64,000 nt of DNA. Source: Xylographa opegraphella. Lineage: Eukaryota. Both the position numbers and the translations under genes were made by a program. The stretch spans positions 1 to 64,000 of the forward strand of contig JALDZX010000009.1 in NCBI GenBank assembly GCA_022813865.1, written 5' to 3'. This document shows, piece after piece, positions 61,254-64,000 of this stretch. Every line of letters starts with the position of its first letter. The stretch's first letter is position 1. The notes below the pieces were generated by a model. It made no database searches and was not told where the DNA came from. It worked only from the letters and a program-made list of their open reading frames with translations.

Positions 61254-62522
61254 ATGGGCTCACTGTCGTTTGCGCTCGTCGCATGGATTTTTGCGCAGCT
61301 ATCTGCCTCTTTGCCGCAAGGTATGGATTAACCTATGTACTGTGTGTTTCGAGAGCGATCCACTGACCCGCCAAACATTGTAGTTAACACACCCATTCCT
61401 ATCACGAACTCTGCTCCGGCTCCAACTTTTACTTGTGGCGGTTGCTATGTCGTCGCGGATGTTGCTGGAATTGAATTCGGGACAGAAACTATCACTCAGA
61501 CACGACAAGGCACCGTTTCCATCGGTCTCAACTACACGACGGTAATCTCTTCCACGGTGGGGAATACACAATTTACTGTCGCTCCCACTGGAATTCTTGG
61601 ACCCGGAACGCTTTTCAACTATGGGACGGCATTCGTTTACAGTAGTGTAACCTTGTGCGTTCCACGCCATTGGATCAACTGTCGTATGATTTCTTGCTGA
61701 TATTCCAGTAGAACTTCACCTACCGCTTACGACGTCTTCACGGCCTACTCAATCACTTCTACCATCCTAACCAATGGTGCATGCAGTGTGTTTTTTGGCA
61801 CCTCAATACCATTAACGTCGGCTTTTAACTACCCGAGACCTCTTGGCTCCGGAAGTTATGATGAGGCAGCTGAACAAGCATTCATCGATTACATTTTCAA
61901 TGGTTTGCCTACGTGTCTTCCCGGAGGGATCAATTCGGTCCAGTCTACAGTGACCCCGGTTGTTATTCAAACTTCATTTTCAACAATCACTAGAGCGTTG
62001 CCAACACCACAGCCGATCACTGCCGTTACGACGGCCACACCTTCCTTGACCACTACTTCGACGTCTGCCACAACATCCTCGAATCCCACGTCGACGTCAA
62101 GCCTATCTAGCTCTCTAGTAAGCTCTATACCGTCACTTATGTCTACTTTATCCTCTTCTTCCTCAATTTCTTCTCTCACGTCGACGTCTCCAATATTCTT
62201 GACTCCTTTTCCTCCGGTTTCGCTTCCCACGACAACGAGCTCACCAATATCGTCACAGGCCACAACAACTCTGACCTCTACAATTTCTCTGGTGGCTGTC
62301 ATTCCAGTACCATCCAACACTACAACACTGACCTCCACTATCTCCGTGGGTACTGTCATTATTGTTGGCAACAGCACACTCCTTCCGACCGGAAATTACC
62401 CCAATTACACCATCATCCCAGTCACCGCGCAAGCCGCTAACTGGCGGACGGATACCACCCTCTCCTGGCGTTCATGGGTCACCGGGTTCTTGAGCACATT
62501 GGCTGTATTGTGGGCATTTTAG
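61254..62522 (+). CDS. Secreted Ser/Thr-rich, probably GPI-anchored cell-wall protein
   Basis: Signal peptide MGSLSFALVAWIFAQLSASLPQ; CGGCYVVADVAG; S/T stalk; hydrophobic C-terminus. Introns 61321-61383 and ~61655-61711. Confidence 0.82.
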
Positions 62523-64000
62523 AATTATATATTGGTGCCATGTAAAGGAGATTCATGGTCAATATGGGACATGGGAATGAATATGGACATGCGGACGGAG
62601 ATACCCCATTTCATCAACCGCTTAGGCGTTACAATAATCGTAATAAAAAAGATCTATATCCTGTTCAAGAAGAAGTGACAACGCCTGCTCTAATCACGAT
62701 ACCAAACAGCATAAACGCTATCATGTCGCATATGTAGCACAATCCCCCATTCCTCTCCGACTCCCACAAATCCGTTCCTACCGACCCAGCGTCCCGCTCC
62801 ATCAAAACTGCCCAGGCCACCACTCATACGCCGCGCTCCCTGCCGGTCCGTCCGGCCAGGAACCATGCGCAGCCTGAATCCTTCGCAACCATCTCCGCCT
62901 CCTGCTGCAGCCCCCTCCCCCCCATGCGCCGGCACGCCTGAGCACAGCGGACCCTTTTTGCCACGATCGCACTTAACTCCATCCTACCATTCCCATCGTC
63001 CGACTCCCATCCCCGAAAACGCGTCTGAGATATCACAGGTCCCCTCCCGGGGAAAGCAGGATCGCAGCTACGGCATCCGGTGCGGAGTCGCGGATATTAA
63101 TATGCTGTCAACAGTGATGCGTGCAAGGTATCTGGGTGGGGGGGGGGGGGGTAAGGACTGGCCGGGATTTGTTATGGAGGCAAATAAGGTAACCTGTCTA
63201 TCTAGGTATGGGCCCGGGCTCGAAACCCTATGGGGTTCACGTTGAACGCTTATTATTATTTTGTGATTTTTAACACTACTTTATATCAACTTTGGGGTTC
63301 TGGGGATTTTTGGTCGCGAAATGTTTGTTCACACAATGTCCAGAAAATGAATGGATGGAAAATAATTCTCAAATGGAATAGATACTAGGATTCATGTGAC
63401 CGTTCTCGTCGTAGTAGCCAGCCTTTCGACCCGGCCCGTACCCTCCGCAATCCGTCTTGTAATTGGTCCCAAGGGTTCCAAGTATCGATCCGAACCGACG
63501 CAAATCGCTAGCATAGCACCACTCGATCTGCAAAGAACTCTATCAAACGCCCCAGATTCGATATCCGCCATACACAGCCCACGTTCAGCCCACCAATCAA
63601 GTCGCTCCAATCCCACGCCCGCATGCAGCGACGAGTATATTACCGTCGAGTCGAGACACTCCAAACGCTGGCAGCCACTGCGTGCTTATCGTCGAGGCAG
63701 AGATGCCATTCTCTTCCGCCGACGATTGGCCTTGGTACTCATCCCTGATTGGGCCCACCATGGCGAAGGAGACACATTCCAAATGTTTCCCCGCTTTGCC
63801 ACGTGAGAGAGCCTCCCTTTTCAGGAGCCGCCGTTCGGACTTGCTCTCCCCAGCCTTGCGTGCTATCGCTGCAGTGGAGACATTGGAAAGAGCCTCCTTT
63901 CACTCGACTTGACAATTTGCGATTGCACGAGAAGGAAATCCACGTAGAAAACCGTCATATGGCTCCCCACGCAACATATGCCTTGGCGGCCCACGAGGAG

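Noticed and set aside
63350..64000. Possible 3' end of a minus-strand gene
   Set aside because: All frames are interrupted and no splice model or motif could be built within the window.

Overview
Eukaryotic, intron-containing genomic DNA from a filamentous ascomycete (Pezizomycotina). Evidence: GT-AG introns mostly 50-100 nt with CTRAY branch sites, and typical gene families. The first ~10.5 kb look accessory: a frameshifted NACHT-type NLR, a solo LTR, a secreted protein with a permuted papain-like His/Cys signature, a divergent Rtc5/TLDc paralogue and damaged or truncated genes. The rest is mostly a dense block of conserved genes: Hva1-Tudor/AT-hook protein, def1, atg11, CENP-H, nhp6, an MFS transporter, CCDC174-like, hom6, CHZ-like, two BTB proteins, sec11, an F-box-like protein, an E2, a membrane A1 pseudo-peptidase and a GPI-type cell-wall protein. 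I recognised no tRNA, rRNA or CRISPR array. Best leads: (1) the secreted permuted-papain effector candidate; (2) a nested multibranch RNA fold in a 5'UTR intron of nhp6; (3) a degenerate PWWP-BTB fusion; (4) an in-frame cryptic intron (exitron) in def1. All family calls are from motif recognition by eye, with no database search.
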